A stretch of 47,608 nt of DNA, filler included. It is 2 parts of 2 records of this genome, joined end to end, with 100 filler letters (N's around TTAATTAATTAA, not from the genome) between each part and the next. Parts side by side here need not be neighbours in the genome. Positions count along the whole stretch, not along the records: positions 1 to 16,165 come from SRR33789315_137; 1 more part is not named here. The stretch is one strand, 5' to 3'. Both the position numbers and the translations under genes were made by a program. A model generated the notes under the pieces. That model did no database searches and was not told where the DNA came from. It saw only the letters and a list, made by a program, of their open reading frames with translations. The stretch's first letter is position 1, and each line of letters opens with the position of its first letter. Below, piece by piece: positions 1 to 10,480 of the stretch.

Positions 1-843
1 GATGATATGCATCATGAATTTGATGGTATTATTGAAATGAATAATCAGTTACCTCGATGGTGGACGATACTTTTTTATATTTGTATTGTATGGGCATTAA
101 TATATTTATTGCTTTATCCTGGTTTGGGTAATTTTAAAGGATTATGGAATTGGCAAAGTTCGAATCAAGGTGTTTTATCATTAGCTGAATCAAAAGCAGC
201 TGTTGTAAAAAACAAGACAGATGGCGTAATAAGTCAATATGATCGTGAAGTTGACCAAGCGAATGAATTGTTTGAACCTATTTTTGATGGCTATTTTGCT
301 AGACCCATAACGGAATTAGCGCAAGATCCTGAAGCACTAAAAGTAGGTCAGCGTTTATTTAGTCAGAACTGTTCTCAGTGCCATGGTTCGGATGCTCGTG
401 GTCAACGAGGGTTTCCAAACTTAACTGATAATGATTGGTTATATGGCGGTAGCCCAGAGAAAATAACTGAAACCTTAATTAATGGCCGCAACGCAATGAT
501 GGCTGCTTGGCTTGATAATATGGGCGCTGACGGGATTGAAGAAGTTGTCAACTATGTCCTGAGTTTAAGTGGCCGCAAAGTTGACGAAACCTTAGCAGCA
601 AAAGGCAAAGATAGATTTGTCATCTGTGCTGCTTGTCACGGCGCTGATGGTAAAGGTAACCAATTGATTGGTGCACCTAACTTAACGGATGACATCTGGT
701 TATATGGTGGGTCACATAAAGTCGTGACTGAAACACTAACCTATGGTCGAAATGGTGTGATGCCCTCTTTCAAAAATACCTTAGGAGAAAAGAAAATCCA
801 TTTGGTTGCAGCATACGTTTACAGCTTGTCACAAGAAAAATAG
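1..843 (+). CDS. ccoP: cbb3-type cytochrome c oxidase subunit III (5'-truncated by window edge)
   Basis: HEFDGIIEMNNQLPRWW FixP N-terminal motif; two heme c motifs CSQCH and CAACH; frame is open from base 1. Confidence 0.97.
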   Translation, partial: DDMHHEFDGIIEMNNQLPRWWTILFYICIVWALIYLLLYPGLGNFKGLWNWQSSNQGVLSLAESKAAVVKNKTDGVISQYDREVDQANELFEPIFDGYFARPITELAQDPEALKVGQRLFSQNCSQCHGSDARGQRGFPNLTDNDWLYGGSPEKITETLINGRNAMMAAWLDNMGADGIEEVVNYVLSLSGRKVDETLAAKGKDRFVICAACHGADGKGNQLIGAPNLTDDIWLYGGSHKVVTETLTYGRNGVMPSFKNTLGEKKIHLVAAYVYSLSQEK

Positions 844-860
844 TTGTCACAATATAATGT

Positions 861-889
861 AAGCCTCGGTTTATCCGGGGCTTTTTTTT
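861..889 (+). terminator. Rho-independent terminator after ccoP
   Basis: AAGCCTCGG-TTTAT-CCGGGGCTT stem-loop followed by a T-tract. Confidence 0.8.
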
Positions 890-933
890 ATTATTTAGTT
901 ACATCATTTATTTTTATTTTTTGGAATTCCTAA

Positions 934-1431
934 ATGCAAGAACACGCTGAAAAGCCCCCTTGGTACACGCAATTTTGGCCCTGGTTTTTAATCGTAATTC
1001 CCCTTTTATCAATGGTTTTAAGCTTCACTATGATGAGTCTGGCTTTTAATGGTGAAGATAGTTTAGTAAAAGATGATTACTATAATGAAGGACGCAGCAT
1101 AAACATTGATTTGCACAAGATTCAAGCGGCTAAAACGCGCCAACTTGAGGCTCATTTACTCTTTAGTGATAAGTCAGTTGAGTTAGAATTTGTGCACGGT
1201 AATGTAGAAGACGGCTCAGCATTAAGTCTTGATTTTTTTCATTCTACACAGGCATTCAAAGACTTTAAAATAGTACTACTCAAAAATGCCTCAGGTAAAT
1301 ATACGGGTGAATTAACTCACACTGTTGATGGCAAGTGGCGCGTTAGTTTACATCCTTATGATGAACTCTGGAAAATTCAGCAAGTCGTATACTTACCACA
1401 AAATAAACCTGTTATTTTAAAACCAGAGTAG
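934..1431 (+). CDS. ccoH: FixH/CcoH cbb3 oxidase assembly protein
   Basis: PWY.QFWPWFLI N-terminus, DDYY.EG motif, position between ccoP and ccoI. Confidence 0.9.
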   Translation: MQEHAEKPPWYTQFWPWFLIVIPLLSMVLSFTMMSLAFNGEDSLVKDDYYNEGRSINIDLHKIQAAKTRQLEAHLLFSDKSVELEFVHGNVEDGSALSLDFFHSTQAFKDFKIVLLKNASGKYTGELTHTVDGKWRVSLHPYDELWKIQQVVYLPQNKPVILKPE

Positions 1432-1434
1432 AAA

Positions 1435-3801
1435 ATGCAACACGCTTGTTATCATTGTGGAACGACTAATCAAAGTGCTGAATATACGGCACTCGTGTTG
1501 CATGAGCAGCGTTATTTTTGTTGCCCTGGCTGTCAAGCTGTTGCTGAAGCGATCGTTAGTAATGGGCTTGAAAGTTATTACTCGTTTCGCAGTGAAATGT
1601 CTAACAAGGCGGATGGTAACAACAATATATTACAGTCTTTACAACTATTTGATGAAGACAGTATCACCGAAGAATTTGTTCATCAGGTAGGTAAATACAA
1701 GGAAGTTCAACTAAGCATTGCTGGAATTAATTGTGCCGCCTGTGGCTGGTTGTTAGAAAAACAGCTTTCTAAACTCGTTGGTATTAGTTCAGTTGGTGCC
1801 AATGTGGCAACTAAACGACTGATAATAAGTTGGGACGAGAAAACCGTAAAACTCAGTCAAATTCTGCACAAAATTCAACAGATAGGCTATTTTGCCCAAC
1901 CTTTCCAAGAAGAGCAGCATGAAGCTCTACAACAAAAAGAAAACAAAGTATTACTCAAACGTTTAGGTCTAGCCGGCTTAATGTCCATGCAAGTTATGAT
2001 GCTGAATTTGGGCATTTTCTTCGATTTATTTGGACAAATAGACAATCAAACTAAACAATATTTTAATTGGGTAAGCTTAATATTAAGCACACCAGTCGCA
2101 CTCTATTCTGCAATGGGGTTTTATCTAAGTGCTTGGCGTGCTCTGAAAGCCCGTACCGTTAATATGGACGTTCCCATTAGTTTTGCCCTTCTGTCTATCT
2201 ATGTCTCTGGTTTATATGCTACCACAACAGGTGGCGGGCAAACGTATTTTGAGTCTTTATGCATGTTTGTGTTTTTGCTATTGATCAGTCGATTTTTAGA
2301 ACAAAACGCTCGCTTTAAAGCAGCCCAAATATCATCTAATTTAGTCAGTCATATGCCAACAACAGCGATACTAATAAATGTGGATAACAGCCATAAAAGT
2401 GTTCTAGCCAAACAATTGAAAGTTGGACAGCGTGTATTGGTTAAAGCCGGAGATATTATACCTATCGATGGCTTAGTCATTGAGGGCACTGGGCAAGTCA
2501 ACGAATCAATGTTAACTGGCGAATTTCAGTTAATGACTAAAAAGCAACAAGATTCGGTTTATGCCGGTACACTTAATGCGGTAGGTACTTTCATTATAGA
2601 AGTCGTAAATGAACTCAGTAATTCAGTGGCAACTCAAATAAATCAGCTACAAAATAGAGCGTTACTGGCTAAACCTAAGGTTGCTAATTTTGCCGACAGG
2701 ACGGCCCATCATTTCGTTTTATTTGTATTGGTAATCGCAGCTCTAACATACATTTCGTGGTTATTTATCGATGCAGATAATGCCTTTTGGGTAATGATCT
2801 CAGTACTAATAGCCACCTGCCCTTGTGCACTGGCTTTAGCCACCCCGGTTAGCCTAACGTGTACTGTCGGTTATTTAAATAAAAATGGCGTGCTGCTTAA
2901 ACGAGCGGATGTACTTGAGCAGTTAACCGAAGTGGACTGGGTTGGTCTGGACAAAACAGGGACCTTAACTGAGGGTAAATTTGTTATTAAAAAACTCGTT
3001 AATTATAGTGAGTTACCTGAACACGAGATTTTTAGTATTGCCGCGAGTTTAGAACAATACTCATCACACCCTATTGCGGTCGCGTTTAAAGAGTTTGAAT
3101 TGACTCAAAAGGTTGAAGATGCAAAAGAATTTATTGCGAAAGGTATAAGCGGGCAAATTAATGGCGTTACATATAGCATCGGATCTGCACGGTTTTTAAC
3201 TAAATCTGTGCCACAAGAAGTAAATGACTTTAATGTGTTTTTATTACGCAAAAATGAGCTAATAGCCGCATTTTCACTAGGTGACTCTGTACGTACTGAG
3301 AGTGTTAATCTAATAGAAAAACTTAAGCCTAAAACAGTCACACTGCTTAGCGGTGATAACGATGTAGCCGTTGCACAACTGGCTAATGAATTAAATATTC
3401 CTCATTGGTATGGCCATTTAGAACCTGAGCAAAAGTTAGCAATAATTAAGCAAGCACAGGCACTCGGACATACAGTATTAATGGTGGGCGACGGGATTAA
3501 TGATGCACCAGTACTGGCGCAGGCTGACGTATCGATAACGTTAGGGGTTGGTACAGATTTAGCTAAATCATCAGCGGACATCATTTTACTTGAGAATTCT
3601 TTACACAGGATCCCTCTTATTATGAAGCAAGCAAGCCGCACCCAAAATAATATAAAGCAAAACATTGCTTGGGCCACAGCCTATAATTTGTTAATTTTGC
3701 CTCTTGCTGTAACGGGCTCACTAAGCCCATTAATTGCAGTTATTGGCATGTCACTAAGTTCGCTAATTGTGGTTGTAAATGCCACCCGTTTATTAAGGTG
3801 A
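1435..3801 (+). CDS. ccoI: Cu-translocating P1B-type ATPase for cbb3 biogenesis
   Basis: CYHC...CCPGC N-domain, CAAC HMA motif, TGE, CPC, DKTGTLT, GDGINDAP. Confidence 0.95.
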   Translation: MQHACYHCGTTNQSAEYTALVLHEQRYFCCPGCQAVAEAIVSNGLESYYSFRSEMSNKADGNNNILQSLQLFDEDSITEEFVHQVGKYKEVQLSIAGINCAACGWLLEKQLSKLVGISSVGANVATKRLIISWDEKTVKLSQILHKIQQIGYFAQPFQEEQHEALQQKENKVLLKRLGLAGLMSMQVMMLNLGIFFDLFGQIDNQTKQYFNWVSLILSTPVALYSAMGFYLSAWRALKARTVNMDVPISFALLSIYVSGLYATTTGGGQTYFESLCMFVFLLLISRFLEQNARFKAAQISSNLVSHMPTTAILINVDNSHKSVLAKQLKVGQRVLVKAGDIIPIDGLVIEGTGQVNESMLTGEFQLMTKKQQDSVYAGTLNAVGTFIIEVVNELSNSVATQINQLQNRALLAKPKVANFADRTAHHFVLFVLVIAALTYISWLFIDADNAFWVMISVLIATCPCALALATPVSLTCTVGYLNKNGVLLKRADVLEQLTEVDWVGLDKTGTLTEGKFVIKKLVNYSELPEHEIFSIAASLEQYSSHPIAVAFKEFELTQKVEDAKEFIAKGISGQINGVTYSIGSARFLTKSVPQEVNDFNVFLLRKNELIAAFSLGDSVRTESVNLIEKLKPKTVTLLSGDNDVAVAQLANELNIPHWYGHLEPEQKLAIIKQAQALGHTVLMVGDGINDAPVLAQADVSITLGVGTDLAKSSADIILLENSLHRIPLIMKQASRTQNNIKQNIAWATAYNLLILPLAVTGSLSPLIAVIGMSLSSLIVVVNATRLLR

Positions 3802-3814
3802 TAAGGCATAATTT

Positions 3815-4021
3815 ATGAGTGTTATCTACGTATTAATTCCCCTCGCTATCATTCTAGTTTGTTTGGCCATTGGCATTTTCTTTTGGGCGGTAAAAACGAA
3901 TCAATTTGAAGACTTAGAACGCCATGGCCATAGCATTTTATTTGACGATGATTTAAATAAAGAGCCACAGAAAAACCAGGAAAATGAGTTACCTACCCCG
4001 CATTCACATAAAAATGACTGA
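3815..4021 (+). CDS. ccoS: cbb3 oxidase maturation protein CcoS/FixS
   Basis: Single TM followed by FFWAVK..QFEDLE...SILFDD. Confidence 0.93.
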   Translation: MSVIYVLIPLAIILVCLAIGIFFWAVKTNQFEDLERHGHSILFDDDLNKEPQKNQENELPTPHSHKND

Positions 4022-4682
4022 TCTAGATTTTTTATCTGCATTTTTAATTGGTTTAGCTGGAAGTGTGCACTGCGTTGGAATGTGTGGCGGTATTGTTGGT
4101 GCCCTAAATTTCGCTATTCCGAAACAACAAGGCCATTTTTTATATAACTTGTCTTATAATTGCGGGCGTATTTTAAGTTATTCGATCGCCGGTAGCCTAG
4201 TGGGGTTAGTTGGTCAAATAGTAAGCCACAATAACCAGACAGGAATTTCACTTTTACATCTTATTAGTGGTATTTTTTTGATATTACTAGCTTGTTACAT
4301 TGGTGGATGGTGGCAAGGATTACTAAGGGTGGAGATGGTAGGCAAACATCTTTGGAAATATATTAGTCCTTTGTCTAAGCGATTTATTCCTTTTCGCTCA
4401 CCTTTAAGTGCGTTTCCCTATGGTATGTTATGGGGCTGGTTACCCTGCGGCTTAGTGTACTCGACCTTAACCTGGTCATTGGCTAGCGGCAGCGCAGTTA
4501 TTGGAGCAAAAATTATGTTTGCTTTTGGTTTGGGTACATTACCGGTCATGTTATTAATGGCACTTGGCTTTAAACAAATTCAACACGTTGTCACTCACCC
4601 ACTGTTTAAACAACTCATTGCTGTAAGCCTATTAAGCTATGGGGTATTGACGATTATTAGTACTTTACATTTTTCCAACTAA
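4014..4682 (+). CDS. DsbD_2 / TauE-SafE-like membrane protein of the cco cluster
   Basis: GSVHCVGMCGG and WGWLPCGLVY motifs; ATG at 4014 overlaps the ccoS stop. Confidence 0.88.
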   Translation: MTDLDFLSAFLIGLAGSVHCVGMCGGIVGALNFAIPKQQGHFLYNLSYNCGRILSYSIAGSLVGLVGQIVSHNNQTGISLLHLISGIFLILLACYIGGWWQGLLRVEMVGKHLWKYISPLSKRFIPFRSPLSAFPYGMLWGWLPCGLVYSTLTWSLASGSAVIGAKIMFAFGLGTLPVMLLMALGFKQIQHVVTHPLFKQLIAVSLLSYGVLTIISTLHFSN

Positions 4683-4783
4683 TAGAAAATGTTTACTCTA
4701 CAATATTGGCAAAAATGCCGAACACTTCATACACTCAACGGTATACCTTTTAGTATGTAAATGACTTTTCTGGAGTAAATTTT

Positions 4784-5713
4784 ATGAAATTTCAAAAAAT
4801 TCTTGCCATCATAGACAGTAGTGTTGAACAACAAAATTCCCTGAGTAGGGCCATTGAAATTTCACAAAAAACGGGGGCAAGTGTAACTGCGTTTCTAACT
4901 ATCTATGACCTGTCCTACGAAATGTCCACGATGTTGTCGATGGATGAACGAGAAATTATGCGCCAAGCTGTGATAGATGATCGCACTGAGTGGTTGTCAA
5001 ATTTAATTAGTGAAGATTTTGATGGTGCCCATTGTCCTATAGATATAAAGGTCGTTTGGCACAATCGTCCTTACGAAAGTATTATTTACGAAGTATTAGA
5101 AAAAGGTTATGACCTCATAGTAAAAGGCACCCAACGTCACAATATTCTTCAATCTGTTATTTTCACTCCGACAGATTGGCACATTATGCGCAAAGCCCCT
5201 GTTCCTGTTTTACTTGTAAAAGAACATGGTTGGCCAATAGGTGGAAAAGTCATAGCAGCACTTAATTTGGGGGTTGATAACAGTGAGCATCAATCACTTA
5301 ATCAGCAAATAACTTATCATGGATTACAATTTGCAGCGTTACTAAAATCTGAACTGCATTTGGTTAACGCGTATCCCAGCTCACCTGCCAATATCGTCAT
5401 TGAGATCCCAGAATTTGATCCCGTTAAATATAGTCAATCAATACGTCAGCATCATGAAAATGCGATGAAGCAGCATGCTCAACAACATGGCATAAAAGAA
5501 TATCAATACCATATAAACGAAGGCTTACCCGAAGATGTCATTCCTAAATTAGCCAAGCAACTGGATGCTGAGTTAGTTGTATTGGGAACGGTGAGTAGAC
5601 AAGGGATCTCAGCCGCGTTAATTGGCAATACCGCAGAACATGTGATTGATAAACTAAATTGTGACGTTCTTGCCATTAAACCGGAAGACTTTGTCTGCCC
5701 TATTCGTATTTAG
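4784..5713 (+). CDS. uspE: Universal stress protein UspE (tandem Usp domains)
   Basis: VVWHNRPYE, IFTPTDWH..RK.P.PVLLVK, GNTAEHVID.LNCDVLAIKP. Confidence 0.95.
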   Translation: MKFQKILAIIDSSVEQQNSLSRAIEISQKTGASVTAFLTIYDLSYEMSTMLSMDEREIMRQAVIDDRTEWLSNLISEDFDGAHCPIDIKVVWHNRPYESIIYEVLEKGYDLIVKGTQRHNILQSVIFTPTDWHIMRKAPVPVLLVKEHGWPIGGKVIAALNLGVDNSEHQSLNQQITYHGLQFAALLKSELHLVNAYPSSPANIVIEIPEFDPVKYSQSIRQHHENAMKQHAQQHGIKEYQYHINEGLPEDVIPKLAKQLDAELVVLGTVSRQGISAALIGNTAEHVIDKLNCDVLAIKPEDFVCPIRI

Positions 5714-5745
5714 TTTTTATTTGTCAGGCTCTTATATAGTATAAA

Positions 5746-6978
5746 TCAGGAAAACCGTAAGCCCTTAGCGACACTGTTTCTGTAACTCAGTAAGGCTGGC
5801 ACTAAACCCAGTAACAAGGCTAAGCCCAGCGCTAAGCCAGCATAATAGAAGAATGACTCTATCTCAGGTATTGCGTTGATACTAAACGCATAGCGCTGCA
5901 TCAAATAAGGTTGACTTAAACTTAAAGTTAAAAACAGAAACGCGTAACCTAATAAACAGCCAAATAGGGTAATAAAAATAGCTTCAGCTTCTAGTAACAA
6001 TATCAGCACCCATGGTCTTGCTCCTAACGCTCTTAGGATAACCAATTCTTGTTGGCGCTCGCGCATAGATGCCAGAAGCATTGTCGTCATACCTATCATG
6101 GAAGCAATCAAAACTAAAAATGCGATAATTTTTAGACTTGTCTCTACTACCGACATAATTTGCCATAGCTCCCCCAGCGCAACACCAGGTAAAATAGCGG
6201 TTAGAGGCTCTATTGCAGTTTTATTGATATTTTGTTGCAGGCTCAACAAATTAATCTTGTTACTCACCCCCAATAACACGGCACTAATTGCATTTGGATG
6301 AGCATCATGAGCTTGATGAGTTTCATGCCCCCTGCCTACCTGTACTTCATGTAGGCTATCAACGGCGTCAATAGGCATGTATATGGCTTTATCCACTGGC
6401 GTACCGGTAATTTGTAATATACCCACCACTTTAAACGGATGATTTCTGTGTTGGGTAAAACTCACTTTCCCTGCTCCATGGGACAATATTATCTCCTCCC
6501 CTAATCCATAACCTAAGTCTTTGGCTACGGCGGCACCTAAAACTAATTGACTGGCCTGTTGAAAAGATTGCCCATGTTGATAAGCAAGTGTTTGATGGTT
6601 TGCAAACTTTACATGTTCGAAATAATCGACTGTAGTACCTACCACGGCATAACCTTGGTGTGAGTCTCCCAGTACAATGGGCACGGCCCAAGAAATTTGC
6701 GCTTTTTGGCTTAAATCCAAGTAACTTTGCCAGGCAAGGTTATTGCTTGGATAGCCAATTCTAAATATAGAGAAAAGTAATAAATTAAGCTGACTGGTGC
6801 GGCTACCAACAATTAAATCAACTCCTGAAACTGAACGCTCAAAATTTTGTTTAAGCTGCGACTCAATGTGCGTAACACTAGCCAAGACCAATATACTAAT
6901 AGCAATTGAAAAACAGGTTAAAAATACCATCCATTTTCGTGAAAAAAGACTGGCTAGAATTAATTTAAACAACAACAT
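5746..6978 (-). CDS. ABC transporter permease (FtsX/MacB type, ZrgC-like) with His-rich loop
   Basis: GVDLIVG.R...LLL.S.FRIG, LGDSH.GY.VVGT, ER..E..ILRALGA; start moved to ATG at 6978. Confidence 0.85.
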   Translation of the reverse strand: MLLFKLILASLFSRKWMVFLTCFSIAISILVLASVTHIESQLKQNFERSVSGVDLIVGSRTSQLNLLLFSIFRIGYPSNNLAWQSYLDLSQKAQISWAVPIVLGDSHQGYAVVGTTVDYFEHVKFANHQTLAYQHGQSFQQASQLVLGAAVAKDLGYGLGEEIILSHGAGKVSFTQHRNHPFKVVGILQITGTPVDKAIYMPIDAVDSLHEVQVGRGHETHQAHDAHPNAISAVLLGVSNKINLLSLQQNINKTAIEPLTAILPGVALGELWQIMSVVETSLKIIAFLVLIASMIGMTTMLLASMRERQQELVILRALGARPWVLILLLEAEAIFITLFGCLLGYAFLFLTLSLSQPYLMQRYAFSINAIPEIESFFYYAGLALGLALLLGLVPALLSYRNSVAKGLRFS

Positions 6979-6991
6979 ATTTAACCATACC

Positions 6992-7654
6992 TTATTGAGC
7001 CATGAGTTGAGACAGTTCAACTTGCTGTGAAAAGTTAGGCGCAAGGCTTCGATCATGACTGACAAACAGCACTGAACTTTGTTGGGCGCACTCTAAAAGA
7101 AGTTGGATAAATTGATCTCGCAACTCGGTATCAAGGGCTGAAGTAGGTTCATCAGCAATGATCAATTTAGGTTGGTTGATTAGCGCTCGAACAACAGCAA
7201 TTCTCTGTTGCTGTCCCACACTCATCTGCCCAGCAGGTTGCCCTAACAATTTCTCACTTAGTTGTAATTTATTGGTTAAGTGATCTAATAACTCAACTGG
7301 TTCCTCAGCTTCTTTCTTTGCAAAATAACGACCTAAAAGAATATTTTGTTTGCCACTTAAGTAAGGTAACAAATTAAACTGTTGAAATATCATGCCTATG
7401 TTATTGGCTCTAAACTGATCTCTTTGCGACGCCGACATAAGCCCCAAGTCCTGACTTAATACTTCAATCTGCCCTGAGTAACCGCTTATAACCCCACTAA
7501 GCAGATTTAAAAGTGTTGACTTTCCACTACCAGATTGCCCATATAAAAATACATTTTGCCCTTTTGCAACTTGCCAACGTGGAATATTTAATTGAAACGC
7601 ACTGTGCTTATTCCAGATAAATTTCAGGTCTGTAATGTTTATTGCGCAATCCAT
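6992..7654 (-). CDS. ABC transporter ATP-binding protein (ZrgB-like)
   Basis: Walker A GQSGSGKS, signature MSVGQQQR, Walker B IIADEPT, VSHD. Confidence 0.93.
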   Translation of the reverse strand: MDCAINITDLKFIWNKHSAFQLNIPRWQVAKGQNVFLYGQSGSGKSTLLNLLSGVISGYSGQIEVLSQDLGLMSASQRDQFRANNIGMIFQQFNLLPYLSGKQNILLGRYFAKKEAEEPVELLDHLTNKLQLSEKLLGQPAGQMSVGQQQRIAVVRALINQPKLIIADEPTSALDTELRDQFIQLLLECAQQSSVLFVSHDRSLAPNFSQQVELSQLMAQ

Positions 7655-7813
7655 AAATGCCAGTACTACTTTGATTATTTTATTAATGAATTAGATTTAA
7701 ACTACGGGGTGAAAACGAAGCTAAAATCACTGATTTTTATTAACGTATTTTCCGTTATAATTGCCCATCGTGATATAGGTTTCAAGTAATAACCACATTT
7801 TTAAGACGAGCAA

Positions 7814-8728
7814 ATGAGTCAAATATCAGCACTAGATACAAAAAAGAAATATAGTTTCAATAAACTAGAAAAAAGAATACGTCGATTTACCGGACAAGCC
7901 ATAGCTGACTTCAACATGATTGAAGAGGGTGACAAAGTCATGGTCTGCTTATCTGGAGGAAAAGACAGTTACACCATGTTAGATGTATTACTTTATATGC
8001 AGAGAGTCGCGCCAATAAAATTTTCCATAGTGGTGGTTAATCTTGACCAAAAACAACCTGGATTTCCTGAACACATTTTGCCTAACTACTTAACTGATTT
8101 GGGTGTTGACTTTAAAGTTGTACAGGAAGATACCTACTCTATTGTGATGGATAAAATACCTGAAGGTAAAACAACTTGCTCATTATGCTCTAGATTAAGA
8201 CGTGGTATTTTATACCGCACAGCGACTGAATTAGGCGCGACTAAAATTGCCTTGGGACATCATCGAGACGACATACTTGAAACCCTTTTCTTAAATATGT
8301 TTCATGGAGGGAAATTAAAGGCAATGCCGCCCAAATTAGTGAGTGATGACGGTAAACAAATTGTTATTCGTCCACTGGCTTACTGTTCTGAAAAAGATAT
8401 TGCACGATACTCAACGATTTTAGAATTTCCCATAATTCCTTGTAACTTATGTGGCTCACAAGACAATTTGCAACGAGTGGCGATTAAAGCAATGTTAAAT
8501 GATTGGGATAAACGCTTTCCTGGTCGCATTGAGTCTATGTTTAAAGCGCTACAAAATATTACTCCCTCACACCTTGCTGATAAAAATCTATTTAATTTCA
8601 CCGATCTTACCACCCAAACAACGCCATTCGAAAACGGTGACATTGGGTTTGATCCACTGTCTTTCCCAAAAGACATAACGACAGAAGAGCAAAATAGAGA
8701 CGTTACTGTGCAAATAATAAATCTTTGA
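7814..8728 (+). CDS. ttcA: tRNA 2-thiocytidine(32) synthetase
   Basis: PP-loop SGGKDS, CSLC and CNLC motifs, GHHRDD. Confidence 0.97.
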   Translation: MSQISALDTKKKYSFNKLEKRIRRFTGQAIADFNMIEEGDKVMVCLSGGKDSYTMLDVLLYMQRVAPIKFSIVVVNLDQKQPGFPEHILPNYLTDLGVDFKVVQEDTYSIVMDKIPEGKTTCSLCSRLRRGILYRTATELGATKIALGHHRDDILETLFLNMFHGGKLKAMPPKLVSDDGKQIVIRPLAYCSEKDIARYSTILEFPIIPCNLCGSQDNLQRVAIKAMLNDWDKRFPGRIESMFKALQNITPSHLADKNLFNFTDLTTQTTPFENGDIGFDPLSFPKDITTEEQNRDVTVQIINL

Positions 8729-8762
8729 TGTTGCTGAATATGTTTAGACAAGGAATAAAAAA

Positions 8763-9785
8763 ATGAAAATTGGTCTAGCTTTAGGGAGCGGAGCTTCAAG
8801 AGGATGGGCCCATATAGGTGTCATTCAAGCTCTTGAAGAACTAGGGATAGAAATAGATATTGTAACTGGTTGCTCTATTGGCTCTTATGTTGGTGCCGCA
8901 TATGCATCCGGTAAATTAGAGCCCTTGGCTGAATGGGTAAAAAGTCTCACCGAGTGGCAAGTGTTTGCATTAATGGGAGTCGGATTCTATCGTGGTGGTT
9001 TGGTAAGTGGGCTTAAAGTATTTAAAGCCTTGCAAGATAATTTTTCCTATGACAATTTTGAGAAACTACATAAACCTTTTGCTGCGGTAGCGACTGACTT
9101 ATACAGTGGCCGTGAAGTTAATTTCACCCAAGGTTCTGTTATTGACGCGGTTAGAGCTTCTTGTGCTATTCCTGGCTTGTTCCCACCTGTTAACATTAAT
9201 CATCGTTGGTTAGTCGATGGCGGTGTAGTTAATCCCGTGCCGGTTAATCTCTGCCGTATGCTGGGTGCTGACATCGTATTTGCCATTAATTTAAGTGCTG
9301 ACTTTCGTCCACAATCGCTATTACAAAATCAAATCGAGCATGAAAAGAATCAGCAAAAAACCTCTGATTTTTTTAAGCGGAGTCAGGCTCAAATACAAAA
9401 TTGGTTTAAAAAAGGTGATAAGAGCAATCAGGAACAACTTGATTATCCCTTAGATGCACAATCTCAAGATATTAACACCGATGGAGAGATAGATATTTTA
9501 GAACAAGCCACTATTGATGAAAAACAAGATAAAAAGCATGCTGCATCTGCCGCCTTACCTGCCCCTTCAATATTAAATGCTATGTCTGGCTCTTTAGATA
9601 TTTTACAAGGCAGAGTCACCCGTTCTCGACTTGCTGGTGATCCACCAGATATACTCATTGAGCCTCAGTTACGTGATTTTGGCATGATGGAATTTTATCG
9701 CGCAGATGAACTTATTGAAGAAGGCCGCAATAGTGTATTACGTATTTCAGAACAAATTAAATATCAACTCCGACTAAACAATTAG
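8763..9785 (+). CDS. rssA: Patatin-like phospholipase RssA
   Basis: LALGSGASRGWAHIG, GCSIG nucleophile elbow, DGG, RSRLAGDPPD. Confidence 0.9.
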   Translation: MKIGLALGSGASRGWAHIGVIQALEELGIEIDIVTGCSIGSYVGAAYASGKLEPLAEWVKSLTEWQVFALMGVGFYRGGLVSGLKVFKALQDNFSYDNFEKLHKPFAAVATDLYSGREVNFTQGSVIDAVRASCAIPGLFPPVNINHRWLVDGGVVNPVPVNLCRMLGADIVFAINLSADFRPQSLLQNQIEHEKNQQKTSDFFKRSQAQIQNWFKKGDKSNQEQLDYPLDAQSQDINTDGEIDILEQATIDEKQDKKHAASAALPAPSILNAMSGSLDILQGRVTRSRLAGDPPDILIEPQLRDFGMMEFYRADELIEEGRNSVLRISEQIKYQLRLNN

Positions 9786-9847
9786 GCATCCTTGCGAGAG
9801 TAAACTACGACAGTTTGGGGCACTCAATGCGTTGATTAAAAACTCAC

Positions 9848-10480
9848 CTAGTCATTAATAAGCGCATTGATACGTATAGGTTTACTATCTAATTTAATAC
9901 CCTCTTTAGCTTGATCGATTGCTTTATCGCTTATACGTCCATCTTTATTATTTAGTACAAAGCCTTTTACCGGTTCAAGCAATTGAGCTTGCTCTGCAAA
10001 CGTAAAAATCAAGCCTTCGCTACTTGGCATCATAAATGATAAAAAACTACCCATATCGCTGAAAAACTGCTTATATTGAAAAGACAGTGTAAGTAACTCT
10101 TGTTGAGAATAGGTCGTCTTTAAATATTCGGTTTTCGTCTGCAATTGTACTGACATATCGCATTGGTTTGCTGGTTGTTCTAAATCAATCGTTATATAAG
10201 CATTAGCTAATTTTAAAGCCTTCTCAATCGGTAAAGTAAACCGCTGATATTGATCAATCTTTAGTGGAATGCTCTGTTTTTGGGTAACAATGGTCGCTTG
10301 TTTAATTCCACACAACAGACTTTCACCTACTTTCTTAAATCCAAAAGCAAACTCTAAGGCATTCAATTCATCTTTATCTATCTTTTTCAAATGGCTATAG
10401 AATCGAGAATAATCCACGTCTATTTGGTCCGCTAAACAACTTTGCGTTAATAACAAAAGGCTAATTAATATTTTTTTCAT
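9848..10480 (-). CDS. Exported protein, DUF2987-like
   Basis: Signal peptide; YSRFYS.LK and F..MG.FLSFMMP segments recalled from this family. Confidence 0.6.
   Translation of the reverse strand: MKKILISLLLLTQSCLADQIDVDYSRFYSHLKKIDKDELNALEFAFGFKKVGESLLCGIKQATIVTQKQSIPLKIDQYQRFTLPIEKALKLANAYITIDLEQPANQCDMSVQLQTKTEYLKTTYSQQELLTLSFQYKQFFSDMGSFLSFMMPSSEGLIFTFAEQAQLLEPVKGFVLNNKDGRISDKAIDQAKEGIKLDSKPIRINALIND

Noticed and set aside
844..933. No ccoG between ccoP and ccoH
   Set aside because: ccoG is normally unlinked from this cluster in Vibrio/Shewanella-type loci, so this is expected.
8763..9785. Patatin as a CBASS effector
   Set aside because: RssA-type sequence in a core-genome context with no CD-NTase nearby.
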